Shown one piece after another: positions 1-12,987 of a DNA stretch of 64,000 nucleotides. The notes beneath the pieces were generated by a model. The model searched no databases, was not told the origin of the DNA, and saw only the letters and a list, made by a program, of their open reading frames with translations. The position numbers were made by a program, and so were the translations under genes. Source of the DNA: Sphyrna mokarran (taxonomy: Eukaryota). Within the stretch, counting starts at the first letter, position 1; the number at the start of each line of letters is the position of its first letter. Location: the NCBI GenBank assembly GCA_024679065.1, contig JAGIQG010000001.1, positions 130,448,001-130,512,000 on the forward strand, in the 5' to 3' direction.

Positions 1-20
1 TGGTCTCCCTTTTGTTCTCT

Positions 21-41
21 TTCTCTCTCTCTCTCTCTCTC
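21..41. repeat. (CT)n microsatellite
   Basis: Direct reading. Confidence 0.9.
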
Positions 42-835
42 GCTCTGCGCTTCTATTACTCCACTCCACCCCACCCCACCAACAGTTCCACTTGTTGGTA
101 AGGGATTGATGGCGATAGGACTTTGGAAACTTGTTGAACTGTAACTTTCAACAAGTTTTCAAAGTTTCTATTCTTAAATAGAAAATGGAATGAATGAAGA
201 AAGGGTGATCCTAGAAAAGCTATAAATGGCAACAGTAGAACCGTTGTGAGCTTTTGCTTTTGGGGCAAAATATGAGATTTGTGCATACGGCATGAAGTTA
301 TTGAAATCGGTGTCTATTAGGTTATAAGATGTCTAATCAAAACATAAACTGTTTTGCGAGATGCTTTTGAGCTTCATTAGAATGATTTAGGGAGGTCAGA
401 TAGGAATAGGTGGGGAAATAGCAAGCATTCAGAAATTCAGGATCATGCTTGCAGTCTAAATGGAGGTGATTAGCAAAATGATCACCCAATCTGTTTTTAT
501 GAAATTTTCGCAATTTTTGAAAATACTTTGGATTAATTTTCATATAGTTTGCAGCATGAGATCATTTGGTCTATAGTATCTCTGTTGGCATTAGCCCTTC
601 ATCTAGAGTTACCATTTCCATAGAATCCTGGCAATGCAGAAATAGGGCATTCAGTCTATTGAGCCTGCATTTTACCCAGGTCCATCTCCCTGCCTATCTC
701 TAAAACCCCACACATCACTTAATCTGTACATCTTTGGACTGGGGGGGAGAAATTGGAGAACTGGTTGCCCTGCCTTTTCCTATTTTCCTGCTTTTCTCTA
801 TCTTAAAATATGCTGAATTTCTTTGTAATGTTATT

Positions 836-1130
836 GGAGAGGCACAGTGGTTAGCGCTATTGCCTCACAGTGCCAAAGATACGAGTTTGATTCCCAGCTT
901 GGGTCACTGTCAGTGTGGAATTTGCACATTCTCCCCATGTCTGCTTGGGTTTCCTCCTGGTGCTCCAATTTTCTTCCATAACTGAAGATGTGCTGATTAG
1001 GTGCACTAGCCATGCTAAATTCCTCTCAGTGCACCTGAACAGGTGCCAGAGTGTGGCAAGTAGGGGATTTTCACATAACTTCATTGCATTATTAATGTAA
1101 GCCTACGTGTGACCCTAGTAAATAAACTTT
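836..1130 (+). mobile_element. tRNA-derived V-SINE (HE1-like), 'gcctacttgtgac..aataaa' tail type
   Basis: A-box-like ggcacagtggttagc, B-box-like gtttgattcc and V-domain core gtgtggaatttgcacattctccccatgtctgcttgggtttcctc. Confidence 0.85.
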
Positions 1131-1253
1131 TTGAAACCTGAGAACTCTGTCAATGTAAAATAAAGTGTTTTCTAATAATCCAACTAGATATATTTTTAAA
1201 CATCTCTATTGCAATAAAAAGAATACACATTTTTGAACTGCTTTCTGTACCTG

Positions 1254-1327
1254 CAGCCTCTCATTTCTGGCATTTTACAGCCTCTCATTTCTGGCATTTT
1301 ACAGCCTCTCATTTCTGGCATTTTACA
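1254..1327. repeat. 24-bp tandem repeat x3 (cagcctctcatttctggcatttta)
   Basis: Three identical consecutive units. Confidence 0.95.
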
Positions 1328-1529
1328 TGTGAATCTTTATCTTTGAAATTTATGACTTTGTAGACCTTAGCAGTTTCTTGTAGCTCATACAAATGATTAT
1401 TTCTGTGTGATTAAAACCCAGCCATTTTCCTTTAAGATGTTGCTTAAATCCAACTGTAATGTGATGAATGGCTGACTATGTGCTGGTTGTGATTGTCATA
1501 CCAAAAACAGTTTGAGGCATTTTCAACAC

Positions 1530-1665
1530 ACAGAAAATCCTAGAATAACTCAGCAGGTCTGACAGCATCTGTGGAGAGAGAATAGAATTGATGTTTTCAG
1601 TCAGGATGACCCTTCCATCAGAACTGTTTTTGTTTCTGATTCCAGCATGTGCAGTATTTTGTCTT
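1530..1665 (-). mobile_element. Degenerate Penelope-type terminal repeat fragment with a decayed hammerhead-like core
   Basis: Reverse complement reads cagttCTGATGGaagggtcatc..ctgAAAAcatc..gatgctgtcagacctgctgagt. A related copy lies on + at about 43185-43275. Confidence 0.5.
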
Positions 1666-3414
1666 TATCTGGGAATTTTCAATATAATTCTGAGTGGATG
1701 TAGATCTGCAGATATAATTTAAAAGAAGACAAATAGTCTAACAGTTCTCTAAGTGGCATTTGGACATATCATTTGGCAGGATAGAAAATGTTCCTGACAG
1801 CTGAATGGATCAAGGCACTGCAGTATGCAACCAAGTTAGAACTGGAACACTCCAGATTTGATCTCCAATCTGTGCTGAATTAAATGATTTCAGCAAGAGT
1901 AACTAGATGTTCAGCAATAGTCCCTAGCTTACTTAGGGAGAGCAAATTTGAATGAAGTACGTACTCCAGATTGGGAATTATCTGAAAGCTTGGCTGATTG
2001 GTTTGGGCTTGCATATGATGCCCTCCACAGTCAAATAGCTTGCTTAACTTCGTTGTCTAATTTTACAAAAAATGGCCATTTGGATGAATTGCAGGCAGAA
2101 GTGGTGACAGGACACAAGTAGGAGTGTGTTCCAGGATTTCTTGAGCCTTTCAGAAGAAGCGGGGAGCAAACTGGGGAAATTACATTGTGCATGATTGGCA
2201 CTACTCTACCAGCTGCGCTGCACACAATGTTGCTGGATAACATAATAATTAATTTGCTAGCACTCAATGCCTTTACACAAAAAAGTAAATATGAAAAACC
2301 AATGTTCTTTTCTGTTGTCAATGCTTTCTGCTTAAATTCTGTATAAATGGAAATTTTTTTTGAATTGCTAGTGAAATATCACACCTTTTAAGCAATGGAA
2401 TGTTCATTTTTATTTTGACAATGACATTATTAAGTCATTAGTTAATCTACTGATTGACAGCAGACTTCCTGTGATACTTTCTAATGTGTAATCTTACTTG
2501 ATTGCTGTGCAAAAGGAAGTGTATAGGAAATAAAATGAAGTTAAGACTTGTCATCTCAATATTCATAAAACTCCATTGTAATCCCACGAAACTAATAAAA
2601 GAGCTGGTGCCTTTTTTAAAACCACTTTTGGATCTGTGGGGTTTACAGAGTGAGAGGGGGTCAAGGGTCATTGTACTAATAAGAGTGTTTGGGATGTCTG
2701 CTGCCACAAAACAAAATGGAAACTTGATTGATAGCTAGAGGGCTGAAGGGAGAGAGTAACAGAGAAAGCAAAGGTCACAGAGACATTTCCCCTCTTTGCA
2801 TATATAATAACCTGCATGGTATAGGTAGCAAAATGTAGATATTGTGGATCAATATGACATATGCTGTACACATTTGGAGCAGTAATAAGACCCGCAAACA
2901 CAGTTTATAGTAACATTATATAGTTGAGCAATTGTAGATAAAGTGGACAATGAGTGGAGATTAAAATGGATGATTAATATAGTGCTCAATCTATCTGTAA
3001 TAGAAAATATAAGCAATGTGATGATAGCCTAGCTGTTTAATTAGGCTTCTAATTGATTTTAAGAAAATTCAATCAATTAATTAATTTGAAATTTGGATTT
3101 TTTTTAAAAGGTGCATTTTCATTCTTGGTAATAAAATGGTGTTTACTAAAACGCAGTTTGGTTGGATATTTTTTCCCCAAAAGATTTATCATTTGTTATT
3201 TAAAATAAAATTATATACCTTTCACTTTTATTCTCAAAGTCCACTTTTGGAATACATAAATAATTAAAATATGTAGTCTGGACTGTATCTATATTGGTTG
3301 ATTCTGAAATAATTTCCTGTTCATATTTACATTGATGTGCAGTATTTTAAAGGAGTGAGCACTTTATTGCATGGCATTCCCCAACACTGAGTAATTGCTC
3401 AAAAGAAATCAAAG

Positions 3415-5500
3415 AAATATATGGCACAGAAAGAGGCCATTCGGCCATTGTGTTGGTTATAAAAAAGCTCAGTAAGCCAATCCCACTTTCAATTCTTGGT
3501 CTGTGGCCCTGTAACTTATAGCAAACACCCTGAAAACATATCCAAGTGCTTAAATATAATGAGGGGTTCTGTCTCCCTCTCCCTTTTAGGCAGAGTTCCA
3601 GATGACCGCCATTCTCTGGGTGAAAATATTTCTCCTCAACTCCCCTGTAAATCTTTTGCTAATTATTTTGAATCTGATTAACTTCCTTGATTATTGATTC
3701 CTCTGGTGAGAGAAATGAATTATATTGTTCCCTCAATACACCTCAATTAAATTTCCACTTGGCCCCTTCTGTTCCAAAGAAAGCAACACGCAGAATGCCT
3801 GAATCGCAGAATTATTGCAGTGCAGAAAGAGGCTATTGGGCTCATCATAGCTGTATAGGCTCTCCAAATCACCAATCACTTAATACCATTCTTCCACCTT
3901 ACCCGTAATCCGGAATGTTCTTTCTCTTCAACTAACAGTTTAGTTCTCTTTTGAATCTCTTGGTTGAACCAGCCTCCTCCATACGCTTAGGCAACACATT
4001 TCGGATCTTAACTGTTCATTGTGAATTTTTGTTTTTTTTTTAAGCAACACAGCACGGGAAACAGGCCCTTCGGCCCAACGAGCCCGCGCTGCCGTCATAC
4101 TATATAGTAGCAAATACATTATCCTATTTTAATATTCCTATATAATAACATATATATTATTCCTAATATGGAAAATTTTCACCATAGGGACAATTTGTTT
4201 CCCAATCAGCCTAAGAGCGAATTTTTGGGTTGTGGGAGGAAACCGGAGTGCCCGGAGAAAACCCACGCAACCACGGAGAGAACGCGCAAACTCCCGCAGA
4301 CACCGGCCCAATTCCAAGTGTCTGCACAGCCACGTCGATAGTCTTTGAGCTGTCATGGTGCCCTTCAGATGGTCCACATAAAGCACTCATTTACGACATG
4401 AGGTACCAGGCACCCCATGAATCAACATCCAAGAGCTGTACCCGCACCACCTGCCAAATGCATGCTCAAAGTATGGACCGAATTACCTGTGGAAAAAAGC
4501 CGTAGTTAATGTTTTGTTACTGTTTATTTGCCATTCACTTAAATTGGTGTCCTGTTGCTGTTAATCATTTCATGAATGGGAGCAATTAATGTCTGTGTGA
4601 AATCTCATTTGTCTTCTCTTCAAGGAAAATATCTTGAGGTCCTGATCCCTAGAACTATTTTCATGAATCTCCCTTCTCCAATACCTTCACATCCTTTTTA
4701 AATGGTGGCACCCAGAACAGATCACAGTGTTCCAGCTGAGGCTGAACCAGTGTCAAATACCAATTCAATGTAACCTCTTTGTTCTTGTATTCAGTGCCCC
4801 TAATTATAAAACCTAGTCTGTGGTTTCCTTATTAATTGCTCTCTCAATCTGTCATAGAATCCTAGAATAACCATAGAGTTGTTACAGCACACAAGGCGAC
4901 CATTTGGTCCATTATATCTGTGCTGGATCTTCTAATGTAGAGATGCTGGCGTTGGACTGGGATAAACACAGTAGAAGTCTCACAACACCAGGTTAAAGTC
5001 CAATAGGTTTATTTGGTAGAAAATGTTTGCTACATATTTCTCCCTTTCACATGGCCGATTCCAATTTTTCATTATAGTTAAAATTCTTCATTCTGGGCAA
5101 CATGTTCATAAATATCACCTCTGTTCTCTGATACGATCACGTCCTGCCTGTAATGTGATCAGAAACAATTAATTCAGCTGTGATCTTATTAGTGTTTCAT
5201 ACAGTTCCAGCATCAATCTCCTTATTCTAACCTCTGTTATCCAAGATATAGAATACAAGTGTTCCATATGCTTCCTCAACCACTTTATGTACCAGTTCTG
5301 CCACTTTCAAGGATCTGTGGGAATGCACACCAAGGTCCCCTGTTCTTCTGTATCTTCCATTTATTATGTATTCACTTTGCCTTGTTTCCCTCCTCAAATA
5401 CATCTCATGATTGAACTCCATTTGCAAATTTTCTGCCCATTTCCTAATCCTAGATCTTTCTTTCTCACTATCAACAACACATTTTTCAACTTCCATTTGT
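3415..5500 (-). mobile_element. Cluster of old CR1-type LINE 3' fragments (interrupted by a SINE at 4032-4498 and a Penelope end at ~4937-5020)
   Basis: CR1 tails (ggccattcggccc). ORF 5227-5496 gives KWAENLQMEFN..DLGVHSHRSLKVA..AYGTL. Confidence 0.75.
4032..4498 (-). mobile_element. Structured-head V-SINE, subfamily B (poly-A tail)
   Basis: V-domain core, CR1-type 3' stem-loop gggctcgttgggccgaagggcctgtttccc and an A-run tail. The extra 5' head is homologous to those at 30741 and 55615. Confidence 0.85.
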
Positions 5501-6199
5501 GTAAAGAAGCCAATACTTCAAAGCTGAGCTAAATTTGTTACACTGTTATTTGCTGAATGGACGAAAGAACATTATCATCACGTTTTATAACGATCTAGCA
5601 GCCAGAAAAATTAAGTATAGCAAATAATTTATTTAGTGCCACTAATGTTCTGAGTCATTCATGACCATTTACTGGGATGGCGCAGGGAATAGTGTTTAGT
5701 CACCTGAAGAACCTTTGTCACTGCCGTAGTTATTGTAACAAAGAAAAATAGACACCTTGTATTTTAGGAACTGTATAGAGCAATGTCAGTTTTATCTCGC
5801 ATGGTTCACTTTTTATTAACTTGTAATTTTTAAAAATCTCCTTTAGTCGTTTGGCTGAAACATTTGATTTCTCAGTTCAAGTTTCTGCGATTTTTGTTTT
5901 TAATGAATAGCAAAGTGGTATTGTGCACCAGTAGTCAGTGGATATTTGCAGCTCCGAAAGAAGTAATCAGCTTTTTAAAAAATTTAACACTGGCAAATTG
6001 AAATTACAGTCTTTTTGAACTTTACAAAAGCACTGACTAGAAATGGATCTCTACAATATCTAGCAAAGCATATGGGTGATCTATACATATAGTTAAGAGG
6101 AATTTCTTAAATGTTATATAATATTTTGCTTACCAAGAATGTTTTTTATGGTTTTGATTTGCAAAAGCAAGATACTTTGAATTTATTATTGTACATGCT

Positions 6200-6490
6200 T
6201 GCTACAGTGGTAAGCACTGCTGCCTTACAGCACCAGGGACCCAGGTTCAATTTCAGCCTCGGGTTGCTGTCTGTGTGGAGTTTATACGTTCTCCCTGTGT
6301 CTGTGTGGATTTCCTCTGGGTGCTTTGGTTTCCTCTCACATGCCAAACGTGTGTGGGTTAGCTGGATTGACCTTGTTACGTTGCCCCTAGTGTCAGGGGA
6401 ATTAGCAGGGTAAAGTCGTGAGGTGGGATTATGGTCAGTGCAGACTTGATGGGGCGAATGACTTCCTGCACTGTCAGGAGTTGATGATTT
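6200..6490 (+). mobile_element. tRNA-derived V-SINE (HE1-like), CR1-type tail
   Basis: cagtggtaagcactgctgcc..ggttcaatt, V-domain core and tail gcagacttgatggggcgaatg. Confidence 0.85.
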
Positions 6491-6494
6491 CATG

Positions 6495-6895
6495 ATTCTG
6501 AGACACCCCAAAGTGCTCCAAAAGTATCACATTGGCCGTGAACTGCAGTCATTGCTGCAACATAGGAAAATGCAGAAGGCAGTTTACATGCAGCAAGGTT
6601 GCACAAACAGCAATTAAAGACCAGGTAATCTGTCTGTGTTGTTGGCCAAGATAGTTGAGAACTTCTGTCTTTGAATATTGCAAAAGCTCTTTCACGTTTA
6701 CCTAGAAGGGGCAGACAGAGTCTTGGCTTTATCATCTCATCAGAAAAATGGCAGCTCTGACTATGAAAAATTCACTCAGTGCTGAAACTGAAATTTCAGC
6801 CTAGATTATGTCTTGAAGTCTACGTGGAGTGGTATTGAATTTATGACCTTATGACTTAAAGGTGCGAGCGCTACTAGTGAGCTAATGCTGACACG
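6495..6895 (-). mobile_element. DeuSINE (SacSINE1/AmnSINE1-like)
   Basis: Deu-domain-like agaaggggcagacagagtcttggctttatcatctcatcagaaaaatggcagctctgac, with a tRNA-like head at the right end. Confidence 0.7.
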
Positions 6896-7252
6896 AGAGA
6901 ATTGTCTTGAAAATGGAAGAACAGCTGAGTTTATGTTGAAACAGAATTGGTTTTAGTTATTGCATACCAAAAGGAGGTACTGTTGGTAACTTATTTACAT
7001 AGTCTTTGAAAGCCAGCAAAAACAATGAAGAAATGATTAACATTCTGCATGTATATTTTATGATAGAGCAAGATGAGGCTAATTGAAATGTTTTGAAATA
7101 TTTTTTATAGGAAAAGGGTCCTTTAAGGGTATAGATTGACCTGGCTTATTTAAATTCTATTTTTTTGTATCTATGTATCTGTACTACTCTAATTCCAAAC
7201 TCTTGAATAATTTCAACATTACATTTTAATTAAATATATTTCTTCGTTGTAG

Positions 7253-7314
7253 GTTTGGTCTGTATGAAATCTAGCAGTTCTGTTGTGGAGTTGGTCATGT
7301 TACTGTGTTCTCAA
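7253..7314 (+). CDS. LRBA: Internal coding exon of a BEACH-domain protein (LRBA; paralogue NBEA less likely), 62 nt
   Basis: Acceptor tttcttcgttgtag and donor gtaagt. After 2 nt of a split codon it reads LVCMKSSSSVVELVMLLCSQ, the conserved LRBA/NBEA segment. From recall, SSSS matches LRBA and NBEA has SSTS. Confidence 0.92.
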
Positions 7315-7488
7315 GTAAGTCTTTCAAAATCATATTAATTTGTATTATTCAATTTGCACATTATATACTGATGAGCTATTTCACTGAAGTATAAATTAGT
7401 TGGGAAATTGAAAAATAGAACTATATATGTATAATTTTAGCTTTTTCTTATTAAATTAATGTTCCCCTTCCTCAAGTTAGACATTTCC

Positions 7489-7646
7489 TAGATGCGCCAA
7501 GTTTGGTGGCGTTTAAGAGGTTAGTTGATAAGTATACGGAAGAGAAGGGAATGGTTTAGTTTGGAGGGTCATTGCTTTTTATATTGGTCGGCGCAACATC
7601 GAAGGCCGAAGGGCCTGTTCTGTGCTGTTATGTTCTATGTTCTATA
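7489..7646 (+). mobile_element. Short 3' end of a young CR1 LINE
   Basis: Nearly identical to the reverse complement of 38343-38503. Ends in (tgttcta)n. Confidence 0.9.
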
Positions 7647-9567
7647 GTGCATGCTTGTTGAATACTATTGTTTCTACTGTAATGAATTGTAACATTTTGC
7701 AATAATCTGAAATACATTTCACACTGTAATTTTCAGTCATAGTTATCAAAATGTTCAGGCAATTGCCCAACTAAATTCTGACAGAGTATTTTCTAAATTC
7801 TTCAAATTTCCCTATGGAAGATTAGTTGTTCACCAAGATCTTTATAGGAATGATTATTTTCCCTTCCTTCGCCCCAAGACGTCATTAATTTTGTAAAGTC
7901 AAGATTGTAACAGCTTGAGCTCAATGTATAGTTTTTATTGTACATTTTTTTTGTTTGCCTGTAGGGATTTTTTATTTGGCTCTTTTTGTACTAACTTGGA
8001 AATTAATTTTGATATATGCGGAAGTTTTCAGCACATTAGTTTTGAGACCATGAATAAAACAAAAGCTATAACTGGTGAGAAGGAGGCTTCAGAGGTCATG
8101 GGTTCTGACCCTTTTCAAAGCTTTTGACCTTCATTTACAACCTAAAGGTTTACTTGGCTGACAAATAAGGATAATGCATCATTAATGTTCTTTTGCATCG
8201 ATTTATTCATTTTGGTGGGTATGTTGCCAAATTTATTTAGGCTGTGCTGATGGATAGGTCATGAATATAAATGAAAGAATCATAGAAGGTGTGAAAAATC
8301 AATTCTACATGTTGTCAATATGGTGCAATGAGCACATTTACTTGAAAAGATCACACCTAATGGATCTCCAAATAAACCAGTAAGCGCAGCAATACATTCT
8401 TGAATGTTTTGACTATTGCACAGAGATTATGCAAAACACGAGTTTGGAAAATATGAAAAGAATTTGAGAATCTGGTTATGTAATATAAGAATAAACTGTG
8501 CAGTCATACATTTTGGTAAGGGTAAGTGCTGAAAGGAAATTCAAATTTGTTTCAGTTCATGTTCATTGTTAAGCTAATAAATATGCCACTTCATCTGCCC
8601 CTTGAATAACGTACTCATTTATAGGACTAGATATTTTTCAGATTTGTGGTATAATTATACAAATGCACAACGATGATATTGGTGATAATTTTGTGTAATG
8701 TTGATCAATTTGTTGGTTAATATCAATGCCATGGCAGTACATTGTTTTCAAAATCTTCAAAGTAATTATGTGGGGCTAGAATTTTATATTATTTTGAACT
8801 TTTGGAATCAGATTTAATCATCTGACACACAATGATAGGTTTACATTTATTAAGTGGACGACATGATGCTTTGAAAATATTAGAAAGAATAAATCTAGAA
8901 AGGAACTAAAATTCTAGTTCAGTGGAAGTCCCACTGTTCTCAGGGATTTCTATTCCCATGAGTTCTTACAAAGATCCCAATCCCAAATGTAATTCGAAAT
9001 AGAAGTGGATTAGGTAGGACTCAGCCATCCCAAAATTTGCATGTTATTCACGTTCTCTTCTCTCTCTCTCTCTCTCTCACTGAGAGACTTTCCTGATCCT
9101 TTCATGGTTTCACGTGGTTTCTCCGTGATCCAGTTCTCTCTTTTCCTTCCTTATTTATTTTGTAGCATGAAACAACTGAAACAACTTTCAGAAAACTGAA
9201 AGCAAAAGACAAGTTTCACACCACCAGAGATAAACAAGTGGGATTTTAAGGAGTAGAGCTCTCTTTACCACTTAGACTTTCTTGCTCTCCCTCCCTCTGG
9301 GATTAAATCCTGACATTTAACGCATTTACTCCTCTTTTCCCCACGTTTAACTATGGCCAAATGTAAACCCATCATCCAGCAGTCCTTTTAAATGTTCTCC
9401 CCCTCTAATTAGTGTTGTCTTCTCCTCACTCTGGTTCTAGATGGGGTTTAGTGAATGAGGTTGTACGTTTAAAATGTCACTGCAAGTGATAGGAGGATTG
9501 AAAATAAAATTGTTCCTACTTATGGCCTCCACTCTCGCTCTGTCATGCTTCTCCTGGCACTCCTGTT

Positions 9568-9875
9568 TGGGGGCAGCACAATGGATTAGTACTGCTGTCT
9601 CACAGCTTCAGGGACATAGGTTCGATTCCAGCATAGGATGACCGTGAAGAGTTTGCATGTTCTCCCTGTGTCTGCATGGGTTTCCTCTGGGTGCTCTGGT
9701 CTAGTCCTACAGTCCAAAGATGTATTAATTAGGATGCTTGGCAATGCTAAATTGCTTCTTAGTGTCAGGGAGATTAGCAAGACACATGAGGTGACAAGGA
9801 TAGGGCCTGGGTGGAATTGCTGTCAGTGCAGACTCGATGGGCCAAATGACTTCCTTCTACACCGTAGGAATTTAA
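9568..9875 (+). mobile_element. tRNA-derived V-SINE (HE1-like), CR1-type tail
   Basis: B box ggttcgattcc, V-domain core and tail gcagactcgatgggccaaatg. Confidence 0.85.
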
Positions 9876-9967
9876 TGTTTGGATGAGTGAGAGAAGCTGC
9901 AACTTCAATAGGGACTTCATTTGTAGCGGGACCCAAGCAAGATCTGTTTGCAACTAATGCAAAGCTT

Positions 9968-12954
9968 TGTCTCTCTCTCTCTCTGAGTTTCTCTCTCTCT
10001 GATTTTTTTCTATCTCTGTGTCCCTCTCTCACTCTCTCTCTCGCCTGTGTGTCCCCCTCTCTCTCGCCTGTGTGTCCCCCTCTCTCTCGCCTGTGTGTCC
10101 CCCTCTCTCTCGCCTGTGCGTCCCCCTCTCTCTCGCCTGTGCGTCCCCCTCTCTCTCGCCTGTGCGTCCCCCTCTCTCTCTCGCCTGTGTGTCCCCCTCT
10201 CTCTCGCCTGTGTGTCCCCCTCTCTCTCGCCTGTGTGTCCCCCTCTCTCTCGCCTGTGCGTCCCCCTCTCTCTCGCCTGTGCGTCCCCCTCTCTCTCGCC
10301 TGTGCGTCCCCCTCTCTCTCNNNNNNNNNNNNNNNNNNNNNNNNNNNNNNNNNNNNNNNNNNNNNNNNNNNNNNNNNNNNNNNNNNNNNNNNNNNNNNNN
10401 NNNNNNNNNNNNNNNNNNNNTGTGTGTGTGTGTCTCTCCCCCGTGTGTGTGTGTCTCTCCCCCGTGTGTGTGTGTGTCTCTCCCCCGTGTGTGTGTGTGT
10501 CTCTCCCTCCTGTGTGTGTGTGTGTCTCTCCCTCCTGTGTGTGTGTGTGTCTCTCCCTCCTGTGTGTGTGTGTGTGTCTCTCCCTCGTGTGTGTGTGTGT
10601 GTCTCTCCCTCGTGTGTGTGTGTGTGTCTCTCCCTCGTGTGTGTGTGTGTGTCTCTCCCGTGTGGTGTTGTCTCTCCCCGTGTGTGTGTGTGTGTGTCTC
10701 TCCCTCGTGTGTGTGTGTGTCTCTCCCTCCGTGTGTGTGTGTCTCTCTCCCTCGGGTGTGTGTGTGTGTCTCTCCCTCCCGTGTGTGTGTGTGTCTCTCC
10801 CTCGCGGTGTGTGGTGTCTGTTCCCTCGCGTGTGTGTGTGTGTGGTGGTGTCTCTCCCTCGTGTGTGTGTGTGTCTTCCCCCGTGTGTGTGTTGTCTCTC
10901 CCCCGTGTGTGTGTGTGTCTCTCCCCCGTGTGTGTGTGTGTCTCTCCCTCGTGTGTGTGTGTGTGTCTCTCCCTCGTGTGTGTGTGTGTCTCTCTCCTCC
11001 TGTGTGTGTGTGTGTGTCTCTCCCTCGTGTGTGGCTCTCCCTCGTGTGTGTGTGTGTGTCTCTCCTCGTGTGTGTGTGTGTCTCTCCCTCGTGTTGTGTG
11101 TGTGTTCCCCTGTGTGTGTGTGTGTCTCTCCCTCGTGTGTGGTGTGTCTCTCCCTCGTGTGTGTGTGTGTGTCTCTCCCTCGTGTGTGTGTGTCTCTCTC
11201 CCTCGTGTGTGTGTGTGTCTCTCTCCCTCGTGGTGTGTGGTGTCCTCTCTCCCTCCGTGTGTGTGTGTCTCTCTCCCCTCGTGTGTGTGTGTGTGTCTCC
11301 CCTCGCGTGGTGTGTGTCTCTCCCTCTTGTGTGTGTGTGTTTCTCTCCCTCGCGTGTGTGTGTTTCCTTCCCTCGCGTGTGTGTGTGTGTTTCTCTCCCT
11401 CGCGTGTGTGTGTTTCTCTCCCTCGCGTGTGTGTGTGTCTCTCCCTCGCGTGTGTGTGTGTCTCTCCCTCGCGTGTGTGTGTTTCTCTCCCTCGTGTGTG
11501 TGTGTGTGTGTGTTTCTGTCCCTCGCGTGTGTGTGTTTCTGTCCCTCGCGTGTGTGTTTCTGTCCCTCGCGTGTGTGTGTTTCTCTCCCTCGCGTGTGTG
11601 TGTCTCTCTCCCTCGCGTGTGTGTGTCTCTCTCCCTCGTGTGTGTGTGTCTCTCTCCCTCGTGAGTGTGGGTCTCTCTCCCTCGTGTGTGTGTGTGTCTG
11701 TCCCTCGTGTGTGTGTGTCTCTCTCCCTCGTGTGTGTGTGTGTCTCTCCCTCGTGTGTGTGTTGTCTCTCCCTGTGTGTGGTTCTCGTCGTGTGTGTGTC
11801 TCTCCCTCGTGTGTGTGTCTCTCCCTGGTGTGGTGTCTCTCCCTCGTGTGTGTGTTCTCCCTCGTGTGTGTGTGTGTGCTCTCCCTCGTGTGTGTGTGTG
11901 TGTCTCCCCTCGTGTGTGTGTGTCTGTCTCCCTCGGTGTGTGTGTGTCTCTCTCCTCGTGTGTGTGTGTTTCTCTCCCTCGTGTGTGTGTGTGTCTCTCC
12001 CTCGTGTGTGTGTGTCTCTCTCCCTCGTGTGTGTGTGTGTGTCTCTCTCCCTCGCGTGTGTGTGTTTCTCTCCCTCGCGTGTGTGTGTCTCTCTCCCTCG
12101 CGTGTGTGTGTTTCTCTCCCTCGTGTGTGTGTGTCTCTCTCCCTCGTGTGTGTGTGTCTCTCTCCCTCGTGTGTGTGTGTCTCTCTCCCTCGTGTGTGTG
12201 TGTCTCTCTCCCTCGTGTGTGTGTGTCTCTCTCCCTCGCGTGTGTGTGTCTCTCTCCCTCGCGTGTGTGTGTCTCTCTCCCTCGTGTGTGTGTGTGTCTC
12301 TCTCCCTCGTGTGTGTGTGTCTCTCTCCCTCGTGTGTGTGTGTGTCTCTCTCCCTCGCGTGTGTGTTCTCTGTGTGTGTGTGTGTCTCTCCCTCGCGTGT
12401 GTTTCTCTCCCTCGCGTGTGTGTGTGTGTTCTCTCCTCGCGGTGTTGTGTGTTTCTCTCCCTCGCGTGTGTGTGTGTGTTTCTCTCCCTCGCGTGTGTGT
12501 GTTTCTCTCCCTCGCGTGTGTGTGTGTCTCTCCCTCGCGTGTGTGTGTGTCTCTCCCTCGCGTGTGTGTGTTTCTCTCCCTCGTGTGTGTGTGTGTGTGT
12601 GTTTCTGTCCCTCGCGTGTGTGTGTTTCTGTCCCTCGCGTGTGTGTTTCTGTCCCTCGCGTGTGTGTGTTTCTCTCCCTCGCGTGTGTGTGTCTCTCTCC
12701 CTCGCGTGTGTGTGTCTCTCTCCCTCGTGTGTGTGTGTCTCTCTCCCTCGTGTGTGTGTGTCTCTCTCCCTCGCGTGTGTGTGTCTCTCTCCCTCGCGTG
12801 TGTGTGTCTCTCTCCCTCGCGTGTGTGTGTCTCTCTCCCTCGTGTGTGTGTGTCTCTCTCTCCCTCGTGTGTGTGTCTCTCTCTCCCTCGTGTGTGTGTC
12901 TCTCTCTCCCTCGTGTGTGTGTCTCTCTCTCCCTCGTGTGTGTGTGTCTCCTTC

Positions 12955-12987
<33 letters not shown>

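Noticed and set aside
836-905. tRNA genes at SINE heads
   Set aside because: No complete cloverleaf forms, and each continues into a V-domain SINE body.
1254-1327. CRISPR-like array (also 33986-34066)
   Set aside because: Head-to-tail repeats without spacers in vertebrate DNA.
4455-4485. 5S rRNA origin of the subfamily B head (cggtccatac..tgagcatgc)
   Set aside because: The resemblance is short, absent from subfamily A, and lacks the 5S internal control boxes.
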